Source: Bdellovibrionales bacterium
Lineage (GTDB): Bacteria > Bdellovibrionota > Bdellovibrionia > Bdellovibrionales > UBA1609
Direction of reading: 5' to 3'
DNA: 64,000 bases
Assembly (NCBI GenBank): GCA_965199825.1
Contig: OZ241329.1
Location: 736,001 to 800,000, forward strand
The notes beneath the pieces were generated by a model. It saw only the letters and a program-made list of their open reading frames with translations, had not been told where the DNA came from and ran no database searches. Position numbers and translations under genes: made by a program. Within the stretch, counting starts at the first letter, position 1. Each line of letters starts with the position of its first letter. Shown here one piece after another: positions 47,847-57,915 of the stretch.

Positions 47847-48660
47847 TCCGAGACAGATAAAGAACCCGAAGCACAGCTGCGTACAACAACTCAGCAGAAG
47901 CCAAATGCAAAACCGTAATCACGGGCGGCGCAAGATAAAGCACGTTCGAAATTCCCAATGCCACCTGAATCAAAACCAGAATCATGATTTGTCGCGACCG
48001 TAAAAGGAGTTCTCCGGTTGAGCGCCTTAAGTTCCAACCCAAACTTAAAACCAAGATCAAAACAAGATAGGCACTCAGGCGATGAAGCACCTGAAGTCCA
48101 ATGCTCCCTTGCAGAGTTGGAATCCATTCTCCGTGACATAAAGGAAAATCAGGGCAGACCAAAGCCGCATTGTGCGAGGCCACACTTCCGCCCAAAAGAA
48201 TTTGCACATAAACCGCTAACAAAACCAATAAAGGTAGAGGCTTGATCGCACCAAATGATTTTTGTTTAAGAGAAAAATAAATCCAAATTAAACATCCAAA
48301 AAGAGCGGTTGCGAGGCCTAAATGAAGTGTGACCACATAAGCCTGAAGTTCGAGCAAAACGGTCAACCCACCCATTGCCACCTGAAACAAAATCAACACC
48401 AACGAGACAAGAGCAAGTACTCGGTATTCGGTTTTGATCAGCCTTCCGCACAGATAAAAAACACCAAGCGCCACCACGCCCGCAATCGCTCGATGAATAA
48501 ACTCGAGATACACTAATGGATGAAAATCAGGAATAAAATCGCCAAAACACAGTGGCCAATCGGGACAAGCAAGCCCGGCCTTGAGCGCACGCACGGCTCC
48601 ACCTAAAACAATCAGTTCAAAAGTCAGAATACAAAGCCAACGATAATATTTTATGCCCAT
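47836..48660 (-). CDS. ctaA: Heme A synthase (COX15/CtaA)
   Basis: GLACPDWPLC, EFIHR, LHL, CPDFPLC, LHR. Confidence 0.92.
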   Translation of the reverse strand: MGIKYYRWLCILTFELIVLGGAVRALKAGLACPDWPLCFGDFIPDFHPLVYLEFIHRAIAGVVALGVFYLCGRLIKTEYRVLALVSLVLILFQVAMGGLTVLLELQAYVVTLHLGLATALFGCLIWIYFSLKQKSFGAIKPLPLLVLLAVYVQILLGGSVASHNAALVCPDFPLCHGEWIPTLQGSIGLQVLHRLSAYLVLILVLSLGWNLRRSTGELLLRSRQIMILVLIQVALGISNVLYLAPPVITVLHLASAELLYAAVLRVLYLSRTNV

Positions 48661-49523
48661 AAATAAAAAAACCATCTGTCAAAAACTGGGACCCCTAAAA
48701 ACACCAACATGCTTAAATTCGTCCAAAGAAAAAACGAGAGCCAGCGCTGCTGACCATGACTCTTAAAATAAATCCAAAATTCATAGAGCATTTTTAAACA
48801 CAATGGAAAAACCAAAAGCAGATAAAGCACATTGGCTTTTAAAAACCACGGAGACAGCATCGCAACACCCACATAAACAAAAACATAAAGGCCGATATGA
48901 TAAAGGGCTTTATCCACCCCAAGTTTAAGAGGCATGACCGGAAATCCTCCCCGCCCATAATCCTCGGCATAACGAATGGCCAAACACCAAAAGTGAGGCA
49001 TCTGCCACAAAAACAAAATTAGAAAGAGGTAAAGACATTCGGGCGAAAAAATATGTTGGCTGTTGACCGAATATCCAATGACCACCGGCATCGCTCCTGG
49101 CAATGCACCGGGGACTGCACCAAACACCCATTTTCTTTTCCAGTAGAGAGTATAAAATCCGTTGTAAAGCACCACAGTTAGAATTGTGAGAAGACAACAT
49201 AAAGTATTTAGAAGCAGCAGCGCCAAAAATCCGCTGACCAAAAAAATTATGGCAAGAACGATGCCCTGCCAAGGTGCAATCAGACCCTGAGGAATGGGCC
49301 GACCTTTGGTGCGATCCATTAGCTTATCAATCTTCCACTCTTGAACTTGATTGAGTACAAAACTTCCGGCGCAAGAAAGATAAAGCCCCACCATCAAAAG
49401 AGCAATTTCGGCAAAATCAACTTTGCGTCCAAGCTCTAAACTCATCGCATAACCCGCAAGAGCACAAACAAGCGAAAAGAGGATAATGCCAGATTTGGTG
49501 AGCGTCGAATAAGCTTTGAACAT
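48651..49523 (-). CDS. ctaB: Protoheme IX farnesyltransferase
   Basis: LTK, D.LM.RT..RPIP, YTLYWKR, GA.PGA.P, FLWQMPHF, DY. Confidence 0.93.
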   Translation of the reverse strand: MFKAYSTLTKSGIILFSLVCALAGYAMSLELGRKVDFAEIALLMVGLYLSCAGSFVLNQVQEWKIDKLMDRTKGRPIPQGLIAPWQGIVLAIIFLVSGFLALLLLNTLCCLLTILTVVLYNGFYTLYWKRKWVFGAVPGALPGAMPVVIGYSVNSQHIFSPECLYLFLILFLWQMPHFWCLAIRYAEDYGRGGFPVMPLKLGVDKALYHIGLYVFVYVGVAMLSPWFLKANVLYLLLVFPLCLKMLYEFWIYFKSHGQQRWLSFFLWTNLSMLVFLGVPVFDRWFFYLWA

Positions 49524-49670
49524 GGGCTTATTTATACCGACCTCTTGAGCGAAAACGAAGCTCTTTGATCAAGCGGCGCAAAATACGTCACCGCATGAAT
49601 CGATTTCGCAAACCGTGCGTTTTGGTCCAGCTTAAGCTGGAACCAAGTTTGTATTGAATGAGAGATACGC

Positions 49671-50129
49671 ATGGAGGCGGAAATGATTCGTTTAAGCTCA
49701 CTTTTGGTTTTAAGTTTTGTTGTGATTTCGTGCTCGGGTCGCCAAGGTTCTAAGGGTGATCCTGAAGTCAGAGAGTCGGCCGTTCAAGGTCGGTTTCAGC
49801 TGATCTCTCGCCGCTGCTCAAGCATTCGAGAAGTCCAGGATGGACTTAATTTTCGACGTGGTGATTCTGTTTTTTTCCATTTCGATCATCTTGGTCGCTA
49901 CACGATTGATATACTTCTACGTGGCCAGACCGATGTTCAACAAGGCAGCTACCGCGCTTATGGAACTACCCTCTTGATGACCGATGATGGTCAGCCCTAT
50001 GAGCGCGCGGTCACGGTTGAGCCTTCACCTCGTGGAAATTACTTAACACTGATCTCACAAGATTTCGAACGGGGCTACTGCCCACCTGGCGATAAAGTCA
50101 TATCAATTCTACAAAGAATTCGTCATTGA
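49671..50129 (+). CDS. Hypothetical lipoprotein (lipocalin-like beta-barrel possible)
   Basis: Lipobox VVISC; GRFQL...GSY pattern. Confidence 0.65.
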   Translation: MEAEMIRLSSLLVLSFVVISCSGRQGSKGDPEVRESAVQGRFQLISRRCSSIREVQDGLNFRRGDSVFFHFDHLGRYTIDILLRGQTDVQQGSYRAYGTTLLMTDDGQPYERAVTVEPSPRGNYLTLISQDFERGYCPPGDKVISILQRIRH

Positions 50130-50178
50130 ATTTTTAGAGCTCCCTCGCTAATTTGCACAGTTTTGCAAGGGAGCTAAA

Positions 50179-50688
50179 TTGAGATTATTGATTGTTTGTT
50201 TTCTGTTTTTTGCCAAAAGTTCTTTTGCCAACATCGATCAACTTCGAGCCAAATTTAAAGTGGGCGAAGCTCTTATCGGATTACACCTTCACGGTCAAAG
50301 CGAAGAAAATTTACGCACACGAGGCTTTGAAATTATCGAGCCCGACTTGGACCAGTATTTCGAAGCTTTAAAGTTTGGTCAGATGAACAATGACGACCCT
50401 CGAGAGCTCAAAGCTTTGTGGACAATATTTAATAAGACAGTGCCTGCCATTACGGAATACACAAAAGGTCCACACTTTAATTATCATAAATTTTTAGCCT
50501 GGATCTTTCTTCTTCGTGATTTCACTATTAACTACAAGCCGCTCACTGAGTATCAATACGCAGCCCATGTTCAAGCTCACGGAACGACAAGCACTGCGCT
50601 TCAGCTTCTTAGTTTAGAAGAGCGTGCAAACATCATTCGCACCGAATTCAACAAGCTCGTCGATCCCTGCAACGAAAGTCTGAAGTGA
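50179..50688 (+). CDS. Hypothetical secreted protein
   Basis: TTG start with AGGGAG RBS; signal peptide ending SSFA. Confidence 0.65.
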   Translation: MRLLIVCFLFFAKSSFANIDQLRAKFKVGEALIGLHLHGQSEENLRTRGFEIIEPDLDQYFEALKFGQMNNDDPRELKALWTIFNKTVPAITEYTKGPHFNYHKFLAWIFLLRDFTINYKPLTEYQYAAHVQAHGTTSTALQLLSLEERANIIRTEFNKLVDPCNESLK

Positions 50689-51383
50689 GATTTATTGTTG
50701 GTGCGATTGTTACCGCGGGCGTTCTCGCTTTGGTGGTGGCGTATCAGGATTTTAAAAAGCTTCAAAGTGCGGTGGGACTTCGACCGTACTCTTTGTCTCT
50801 CAATTGCCAACAATGGTATCGACCAACCCAATCTTTTTCGGACTATCTCAAGATCATACAGGGAAGACTGTTTACAAAATCGCCCTTTGAATTTTTAAGT
50901 TTAGATATTCAAGGAGGTAGTCCGGTCGCCTACAGCGCAAAATCACATACGGCCGTGATGAAGAATGGCTACATCTTTCACAACTCAGACTATGCGGTAT
51001 ATCAATCCTACACCGATATTCAAATCAACAAAGCGAGTTTACAAACCCCCTACTCGCTGATTTTTAATAAAACGTCACACCACAACAGTTTGCTGACCAT
51101 AGTAAAAAGCAAGCTCGGCTACCAGGTGGCCTTTCAAGAAAGCACGCCGCCAATTCTTTGCGAGGTGAGCAAGGATCAACAAAAGTGCTCAACCGGAACT
51201 TGGACTAAGGCGTTGGATGTCTCGCCTCTAGCTCGAAATGCCATTGATGTTTTTTGTCAAAATCAAAACGACCAATCCAAAAAGCATGAAGCTCTTCGCA
51301 CCGAGCTTCATGCATGGTGCGAGAGTGATTTTTCATTTGATCAAAATTTAAAATTGCCGTGCGAGCTTTTTAAAGGTCGTTAA
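50685..51383 (+). CDS. Hypothetical exported protein
   Basis: GTGA overlap with the upstream stop; N-terminal TM; six Cys. Confidence 0.65.
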   Translation: MRFIVGAIVTAGVLALVVAYQDFKKLQSAVGLRPYSLSLNCQQWYRPTQSFSDYLKIIQGRLFTKSPFEFLSLDIQGGSPVAYSAKSHTAVMKNGYIFHNSDYAVYQSYTDIQINKASLQTPYSLIFNKTSHHNSLLTIVKSKLGYQVAFQESTPPILCEVSKDQQKCSTGTWTKALDVSPLARNAIDVFCQNQNDQSKKHEALRTELHAWCESDFSFDQNLKLPCELFKGR

Positions 51384-51681
51384 GGATCACAGGTCGTGAA
51401 AAGATGTCGGCCATACAAAACGTAAACATCACGAGCAAAAAGAAAACCGAGCCCACAAGAATTACCCGAAACAATTTGTCGTCGTATTTGAGATGCATAA
51501 AGTAGGAAGCAACAAGCACCGCTTTGACCGTGGCAATTGCCATCGCAATTAGAATGTGGAGCACATGATCCATTTCGGTGAGGCCCGCAGCCACAGTCAA
51601 AATAGTGAGGACAAAGAGTCCTCCTAAAATATTTACGTAAGTTTTAAATGGAATCAAATGGTGGTGAACGGCTTTGCTCAT
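51370..51681 (-). CDS. coxD: Cytochrome c oxidase subunit IV
   Basis: IATVKAVLVASYFMHLKYD. Confidence 0.9.
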   Translation of the reverse strand: MSKAVHHHLIPFKTYVNILGGLFVLTILTVAAGLTEMDHVLHILIAMAIATVKAVLVASYFMHLKYDDKLFRVILVGSVFFLLVMFTFCMADIFSRPVILNDL

Positions 51682-51688
51682 GAGGTCC

Positions 51689-52330
51689 TCACTTAATTAG
51701 ATAAAGCAGTGGAAATAAATAAATCCAGATCAAATCGACCAAATGCCAAAACAGTCCAACACCTTCGAGTGGAGTGTAATAATGCTCGCTAAATTCACCG
51801 CGATAAGCTCGGATCAAACACCAAGTAATCAATCCCATCCCGATGATCACGTGCGATCCATGAAGACCCGTCATACAAAAATAAAACGAAAAATAAAGTG
51901 CGAGGTTTGCATGCTCTGCACCTTGATAATGAAATAGTCGGCCAGGCTCTAGACCCAACTCAAACTTGTGATGATACTCAAAAGCTTTTACTGCCAAAAA
52001 GACAAAGGCACAAAGAAGTGTGACCCAAAGACTGGCAATGGTCATTTTTCGATTATTTTGGCGCGCGTACCAAATGCTCATAGCCATGGTAAATGAACTA
52101 AACAAAAGAACGATAGTGTTGAGCGTTCCGAGCTTCCAATCCAAAAACTTAGCACCCTCAGAAAACATCTCGCCATAAATGCTGTGATAGATGATGTAGC
52201 CCACAAAGAGCCCACCGAACATCAGGATCTCGGTGGCTAAGAAAATCCAAACACCCAGCTTGGTGGCTTGGAATTCATGTTCAGCATCTTCAAAATGATG
52301 GGCATAAGGATGTGGATTAGCGGTACTCAT
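51689..52330 (-). CDS. coxC: Cytochrome c oxidase subunit III
   Basis: [34 protein letters not shown]. Confidence 0.95.
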   Translation of the reverse strand: MSTANPHPYAHHFEDAEHEFQATKLGVWIFLATEILMFGGLFVGYIIYHSIYGEMFSEGAKFLDWKLGTLNTIVLLFSSFTMAMSIWYARQNNRKMTIASLWVTLLCAFVFLAVKAFEYHHKFELGLEPGRLFHYQGAEHANLALYFSFYFCMTGLHGSHVIIGMGLITWCLIRAYRGEFSEHYYTPLEGVGLFWHLVDLIWIYLFPLLYLIK

Positions 52331-53927
52331 AAGGTCCTGCCGATACGGTGGGTTGAATTAAAAAGTTTTCGTGTGGTGGTGGCGATGATGTTTGCCATTC
52401 TAATGTTCGCCCACCCCATGGATTGTCGGAAGCTTTTTCGCCTCTCATCATTCCATGAATGATAACGCCGAGTGCGACCAAAAAGCCAACCCCAATTGTC
52501 CATGCCCCAATCGACGAAATCTTATTTAGATTTTCGTATTCAGGCAGGTAATCGTAATACCTTCGCGGCATTCCCATAGCGCCCAAAATAAATTGGGGGA
52601 AGAAGGTCACGTTAAATCCAACAAAAATTAAAACAAAACTAATTCGTGCTCCAAAATCGCTACACATACGGCCAAACATTTTTGGAAACCAATAGTAAAT
52701 CCCGCCCATAATCGCCATCAAGGTCCCACCCACCATCACATAGTGAAAGTGCGCAACCACAAAGTAGGTATCGTGAAAGTGAACATCCACCGCGATGGTC
52801 GCCAGAATAATTCCGGTCACTCCACCGATGGTGAAAAGGAAAATAAATCCAAGGGCAAACAACAATGGGGCATCAAAACGAATCGCACCCTTGTACAAGG
52901 TTGCGGTCCAGTTAAAAACTTTGATGGCGGTCGGTACACCCACAAGCATGGTCAAGAAAGAAAAGATCACGCCCGCAAGCTCGGACTGACCACTCACAAA
53001 CAAGTGATGTCCCCAAACAAAAAAGCTGACCGCTGCAATCCCGATACTCGAGAACGCAATCGCTCTATAGCCAAAAATTGTTTTATGCGAAAAGGTCGCA
53101 ATCAATTCGCTTACAATTCCCATTGCGGGGAGGATCATGATGTACACCGCAGGGTGTGAATAAAACCAAAAGAAATGCTGAAACAGAATCGGATCGCCAC
53201 CGAGGGCTGGATCAAACACTCCGATGTTTAAAGTGCGCTCAGCCACCAGAAGTAAAAGTGTGATCGCAAGGACCGGAGTGGCCAGCACCTGAATCACCGC
53301 GGTGGAGTAAAGTGCCCACACAAACAAAGGCATGCGCCAAAAAGTCATACCGGGTGCACGCAATTTGTGGACGGTCACAATGAAATTGAGACCGGTTAGA
53401 ATACTCGAAAAGCCCATTACAAACGCACCGAGCACAAGGAGTGTTGTGCCGTTATTTGTTTTGATGCTGTAGGGAGTGTAGAACGTCCATCCGGTATCAA
53501 CACCGTGATAAAAAAGCGAGAAGAAGGCAATCCCTGCGCCGACAATCAAGCAATACCAACTCATCAAGTTGACCCGCGGAAATGCCACATCCTTTGCGCC
53601 AATCATAATCGGCAACATAAAGTTTCCGATAAAGGCAGGAACCCCCGGGATGATCACCATAAACGTCATGATCGCACCATGGAAGGTGAACATCTGATTG
53701 TAAGTCTGAGCGTCGACGATAGTTGGACCGCGACTAAACAATTCCACTCTGATGAGCATCGCAAAGACCCCACCAATAAAGAAGAACGTCAGCACCGCGA
53801 TCATGTACAGAATTCCAATGCGTTTGTGATCCAGCGAGGTCAGCCAACTCCACAGCCCTTTGCCGTGGTTGATGTAGGACTCTGCGCTGTGAGCATCACT
53901 ATGAGTGTGAGCGGTGGACATGTTCAT
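52317..53927 (-). CDS. coxA: Cytochrome c oxidase subunit I (A2 type)
   Basis: [24 protein letters not shown] (YS motif of A2), [19 protein letters not shown]. Confidence 0.98.
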   Translation of the reverse strand: MNMSTAHTHSDAHSAESYINHGKGLWSWLTSLDHKRIGILYMIAVLTFFFIGGVFAMLIRVELFSRGPTIVDAQTYNQMFTFHGAIMTFMVIIPGVPAFIGNFMLPIMIGAKDVAFPRVNLMSWYCLIVGAGIAFFSLFYHGVDTGWTFYTPYSIKTNNGTTLLVLGAFVMGFSSILTGLNFIVTVHKLRAPGMTFWRMPLFVWALYSTAVIQVLATPVLAITLLLLVAERTLNIGVFDPALGGDPILFQHFFWFYSHPAVYIMILPAMGIVSELIATFSHKTIFGYRAIAFSSIGIAAVSFFVWGHHLFVSGQSELAGVIFSFLTMLVGVPTAIKVFNWTATLYKGAIRFDAPLLFALGFIFLFTIGGVTGIILATIAVDVHFHDTYFVVAHFHYVMVGGTLMAIMGGIYYWFPKMFGRMCSDFGARISFVLIFVGFNVTFFPQFILGAMGMPRRYYDYLPEYENLNKISSIGAWTIGVGFLVALGVIIHGMMRGEKASDNPWGGRTLEWQTSSPPPHENFLIQPTVSAGPYEYR

Positions 53928-53933
53928 GTACTC

Positions 53934-54893
53934 CTAATTTTTCAAAGTTTTTAAGTAAGTCACTACGCCCGACAACTCTTGTTCATTGAGTTGCCCAGCA
54001 AATATCGGCATCACGTTTCTCGGAAAGCCTTTAACCACTTTCGCATTGGGCTGCAAAATGGATTCGCGAATGTAGTTTTCATCAGCGATCAATTTTTTGC
54101 CGTCATCAAATTCCCGTTCTTTACCAAAAATATTGGCAAACCCAGGGCCGACCTTGCGATCCAAAGTTGTGTTGTGACAAACCGAACATTTTGCCGAATA
54201 AATCTTTTGTCCAATTTGGGCCAAGTCGAGTCCCTTGTAAGGATCCTTCTCGAGCCACTCTTCATATTGCTTGCGTGTGACCACATGGATTTTTGCCAAC
54301 ATTGACGAGTGGGCCATCCCGCAATACTCCGTACAAAACACTTGATAGTCGCCAACCTTATTGGCCTGAAACCATGTTGCCGAATATCTTCCTGGTACCA
54401 CATCCTGTTTGGTTCTAAATGCAGGAATATAAAAACTATGGATCACATCTCGCGATGTCATAATTAATTTTACCGGAGTATCGACAGGAACATAAAACTC
54501 GTTACTGACTTTGCGACCGCTCAGATAAACAAATTCCCAACTCCATTGCTGTGCGAACACATGGACTTCCATCGCCTCTTTGGGCGAAGTGCGGAGTTCT
54601 TTGTAAACCCACCAGCCCCAACCAAAAACAATCATGAAAACAACAAAAGGAATAAAGCTCCACGCAAATTCCAACACATTGTTGTGTGAAATATAGGCGC
54701 CAGTTTGACCTTCAAATTTGCGACGATATTTGATTGCGAAAAAAACAAATCCACCGATAACAAACACACAAGAAATCAAACTCGCCCACAATAAAAAGGC
54801 GTAAAGGCCGTCGACGTATCCTGCAACCTTACTTCCTTCAGGCGGCATAAAACTCGAACCGGCAAAAGCATGACTTAAAAACAAGCGAATCAT
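53934..54893 (-). CDS. coxB: Cytochrome c oxidase subunit II with fused cytochrome c (caa3)
   Basis: QQWSW, DVIHSF, CTEYCG.AHS.M CuA motif, C-terminal CSVCH. Confidence 0.96.
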   Translation of the reverse strand: MIRLFLSHAFAGSSFMPPEGSKVAGYVDGLYAFLLWASLISCVFVIGGFVFFAIKYRRKFEGQTGAYISHNNVLEFAWSFIPFVVFMIVFGWGWWVYKELRTSPKEAMEVHVFAQQWSWEFVYLSGRKVSNEFYVPVDTPVKLIMTSRDVIHSFYIPAFRTKQDVVPGRYSATWFQANKVGDYQVFCTEYCGMAHSSMLAKIHVVTRKQYEEWLEKDPYKGLDLAQIGQKIYSAKCSVCHNTTLDRKVGPGFANIFGKEREFDDGKKLIADENYIRESILQPNAKVVKGFPRNVMPIFAGQLNEQELSGVVTYLKTLKN

Positions 54894-55711
54894 GGAGCTT
54901 CTCCTTTGGGTGACTTACGACGCCACATTGGGATAAGAACCAATCCCAATACCACTACGATGAGTCCTGCTCCCACACGCATCAAGTTGAATGCGTAAAG
55001 AACATACTTGTTTTCGTTCGGGTCGAAGTGAAAACAGAATAAGATGAGTTTGTCGACAAGAGTACCAATTTTTCCGTTAGAGGCCTCGACTAAAGACATG
55101 CGCACCGTCTGCGGATTAAATTCGATTCCATAAAGATAGCGCGAGATGCGGCCTTCGGGTGTGATCACATAAGCAGCCGAGGCATGCGCAAATATTTTTT
55201 GATCTGGATCCCAGTGAAATTTAAATCCCACACTTTGCGAAATTTTTTGGATCTCATTTTCTTTACCCGTTAAAAAATGCCAACCGTTTGATGAGTTGCG
55301 ACCATACTCTTTGATGTAGGCCAATTTTTTTTTGAGGGCGAGCTCTGGCGTTTCGTGAGAGTCCATACTCACCGCTACGATTTCGAATTGCTCGCCGGCT
55401 GTCCAATCCACATTTTTAAGTGCGGCAGTTAAACCGTTAAGATGATAGTTACAAAGGCTTGGGCAATCGTAATAAACGATCGACAACAAGACCGGTTTTT
55501 TTCCGGTAAAATAATTTTTAATTTTTACGGTCTCGCCCGCATCATCAAGAAATTCGGCATCGAGATCGATGGCTTCACCTAAGTGTTCATCGATGGTGAC
55601 ACCTTCGAGTTCCTTAGGAGTTTTTTCGGCCAATAGAGGTCGATCCTTCATCGGAACGTAGGCGTGAAGTTGAGGGCACAACAAAATAAGGAGGAGACAT
55701 AATTTGGACAT
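54890..55711 (-). CDS. SCO/SenC copper chaperone
   Basis: YYDCPSLC, WHFLTG, FAH, SRYLYG, LFCFHFDP. Confidence 0.9.
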   Translation of the reverse strand: MSKLCLLLILLCPQLHAYVPMKDRPLLAEKTPKELEGVTIDEHLGEAIDLDAEFLDDAGETVKIKNYFTGKKPVLLSIVYYDCPSLCNYHLNGLTAALKNVDWTAGEQFEIVAVSMDSHETPELALKKKLAYIKEYGRNSSNGWHFLTGKENEIQKISQSVGFKFHWDPDQKIFAHASAAYVITPEGRISRYLYGIEFNPQTVRMSLVEASNGKIGTLVDKLILFCFHFDPNENKYVLYAFNLMRVGAGLIVVVLGLVLIPMWRRKSPKGEAP

Positions 55712-55725
55712 TTGCAAATCCAGCT

Positions 55726-56265
55726 TTACTCTGCCGTCTGTGCGAACTTCTCGAGTTTAGCGGCATCGTCGGGGACTTTGTTATTTGTAATGGATCGCAC
55801 AAAGTGCACCAGAGCCCAACGATCAGCCTTTGGCAAATGTTTAAAGGACGCCATTGAAGAGCCTTCAATTCCGTGTTGAAGCACCGAAAAGAGACCTACA
55901 GAATCGCCGCCTTTTTTCCATTTTCCTTCGACCATATTTCGTGGTGGAGGATTAAGCCCAGCTCCCGCAGGGCCATCGCCTTTACCCTCGGCGCCATGGC
56001 AAACCGCACAGTTGGTTTGGAACACAGCTTTGCCGTGTGAAACCAATTCGGGCGAAGATTCCCATAGCTTTGCAACCTTCGAGATATCGGCATCGGCAGC
56101 TGGCTTGTCAGCAGCCAACGTTTGTTCGGGTGCAGCCTCAGGAACTTCTTTAAGATCGATTCCCTTATTGCCATAAATAATAAACGCAAAAAAACCTAAA
56201 GAAAAAACAACCGAGCCCAAGAGAGCAAGGAATCCGCCACGATTGTAAGAGTCGGGATTTTTCAT
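55726..56265 (-). CDS. Membrane-anchored c-type cytochrome
   Basis: N-terminal TM, CAVCHG, GDGP..L.PPPRN, SSMASF. Confidence 0.92.
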   Translation of the reverse strand: MKNPDSYNRGGFLALLGSVVFSLGFFAFIIYGNKGIDLKEVPEAAPEQTLAADKPAADADISKVAKLWESSPELVSHGKAVFQTNCAVCHGAEGKGDGPAGAGLNPPPRNMVEGKWKKGGDSVGLFSVLQHGIEGSSMASFKHLPKADRWALVHFVRSITNNKVPDDAAKLEKFAQTAE

Positions 56266-56300
56266 ATATGAGCCTCAATAATCTTTCTTGAACACAATAC

Positions 56301-56933
56301 TTGAGTGAGAACGAGCGTTCAACTAGCATTTTGAAAGTGATCAAAAACTATCTCGATAAATCTAAATCTGTTTTGCTTGTTGGACCCTTTGCGAGACTAG
56401 TCCCAGCTTCAAGTAAAAAAATTTTTGTCGATGGCGGTGCTCGGCTGCACAAGAGCGGATTGGTTGTGGGCGATGGCGATTCGTATTCTGGACCCCTCGA
56501 CGTTGAACTCCCCAAACGAAAAGATTACTCTGATTTTGCCTTTACCCTACGCCACTTGCCCAAGCACATTTCAGAGGTCAAAACGGTTGGTTTTTTGGGC
56601 GGCCGCCGCGATCATGAATGGATTAATTTGGGCGAGGCCCACCGTTTTTTAAAGAGTCGAAAAAACACAACCTTTACCTTCGATCACAGCATCACCGGAT
56701 TTTCTCAAGGTCGTTTTGATTTTAGAAGGAAGGGTTTGTTTTCACTACTCGTTTTTCAAAACACCCAACTTGAATTGAGCGGAAAATGTGAGTTCAAATT
56801 TCGTGGGCGATTGAAAGCACTTTCGAGTCATGGTTTGAGCAATGTGGGCTCTGGAAAAATAAATCTAATAACAACTGGTCCAGCATTTTTATTTTTCGAG
56901 TCGGAGAACTCGCCGCTCAATGGGTTCGGCTGA
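56301..56933 (+). CDS. thiN: Thiamine diphosphokinase-like protein (start uncertain)
   Basis: VDGGA, GDGDS, KDYSDF, GFLGGRRDHE..NL, GLSN. Confidence 0.75.
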   Translation: MSENERSTSILKVIKNYLDKSKSVLLVGPFARLVPASSKKIFVDGGARLHKSGLVVGDGDSYSGPLDVELPKRKDYSDFAFTLRHLPKHISEVKTVGFLGGRRDHEWINLGEAHRFLKSRKNTTFTFDHSITGFSQGRFDFRRKGLFSLLVFQNTQLELSGKCEFKFRGRLKALSSHGLSNVGSGKINLITTGPAFLFFESENSPLNGFG

Positions 56934-57356
56934 TTTTTCAGAAGCCGGAACGCGGGTAAAGGGCGCATATTTTTGGTCAACTAACTTTTTGGTCTGCTCC
57001 ATTTTTTCAACCAAACTCACCGCACCTTCGCTCGACTCGCTCTTGATTGTTTTTTTGGTAAACCGTTCTTCGACCTCTCGACCTTGACCCGGAAATTTAT
57101 ATTTTACCTCGGCACGCAGCTCATTGTATTTTTGGACCAGCTCTTCGAGTTGCTTGTGACTTGTTACCAACTGCTTCATGAGCTCAGGACTCGAGCCCGC
57201 GTTTCCAGGTTTTTTTAGTAGATGATATTGCTCTTCGGCCTCGTGAATTTTGGTTTCAAAATTCCTGAGTTCGATAAATTTTTTGATATATTCATTTGTT
57301 TGCAATGTGGTGTTGGCGAAGACCAGATTTAAAACGAGCAAAATACATTTAAGCAT
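56889..57356 (-). CDS. Hypothetical secreted coiled-coil protein
   Basis: Signal peptide; last gene of the secA operon with overlapping stop/start. Confidence 0.7.
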   Translation of the reverse strand: MLKCILLVLNLVFANTTLQTNEYIKKFIELRNFETKIHEAEEQYHLLKKPGNAGSSPELMKQLVTSHKQLEELVQKYNELRAEVKYKFPGQGREVEERFTKKTIKSESSEGAVSLVEKMEQTKKLVDQKYAPFTRVPASEKSAEPIERRVLRLEK

Positions 57357-57906
57357 GCTGTTCCCATGAAATCTCTAAGGGTGTGCTTTTTAAAAAAAAC
57401 ACGATCATCGACGCCTTGACCGCGCTGATATCTTGAATTCGAAGCTGGCCTTGCTTTACACTTTGCAAAAGCTCGGGCACATCAAACAAAAATTTTCGAT
57501 CCGAAAGAACGCTGACAACTTCTTGCCGAAGCTCCGAGCTATCAATTCCTGAGATGGTTAAAGTGTAACGAAGATTTCCATCGCGTTGGACCGGAGAGTC
57601 TTGAAAGGACTCTAGCAAGGACTCTTGCGGCTCTTCAACAGGTGGCTCTTCAAACAGTGTTTCTTCGTAAACCGGTTCTGATGGCAAGGCCTCAACAAAA
57701 GGTTGCTCTGCTAGGGGCTCGTCAAATTGATAGTCTTGCTCAGGGGCTTGTTCGACAAAAGGTTCGGGCTCAGGGGTTTGCTGATCTTCATCAAGACTGA
57801 CCACCCGTCCATCCATTTCGAGAAAAACAACTTTGCGGCAATTTGAACATTCGGTGAGACCAAAATCATCACCGATATCGTTCTGGCAGTAGGGACAGAG
57901 GGCCAT
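57349..57906 (-). CDS. Zinc-ribbon protein with an acidic Pro-rich linker
   Basis: CPYC...CSNC N-terminus, E/P-rich middle, globular C-terminus. Confidence 0.75.
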   Translation of the reverse strand: MALCPYCQNDIGDDFGLTECSNCRKVVFLEMDGRVVSLDEDQQTPEPEPFVEQAPEQDYQFDEPLAEQPFVEALPSEPVYEETLFEEPPVEEPQESLLESFQDSPVQRDGNLRYTLTISGIDSSELRQEVVSVLSDRKFLFDVPELLQSVKQGQLRIQDISAVKASMIVFFLKSTPLEISWEQHA

Positions 57907-57915
57907 ACTTTAAGG

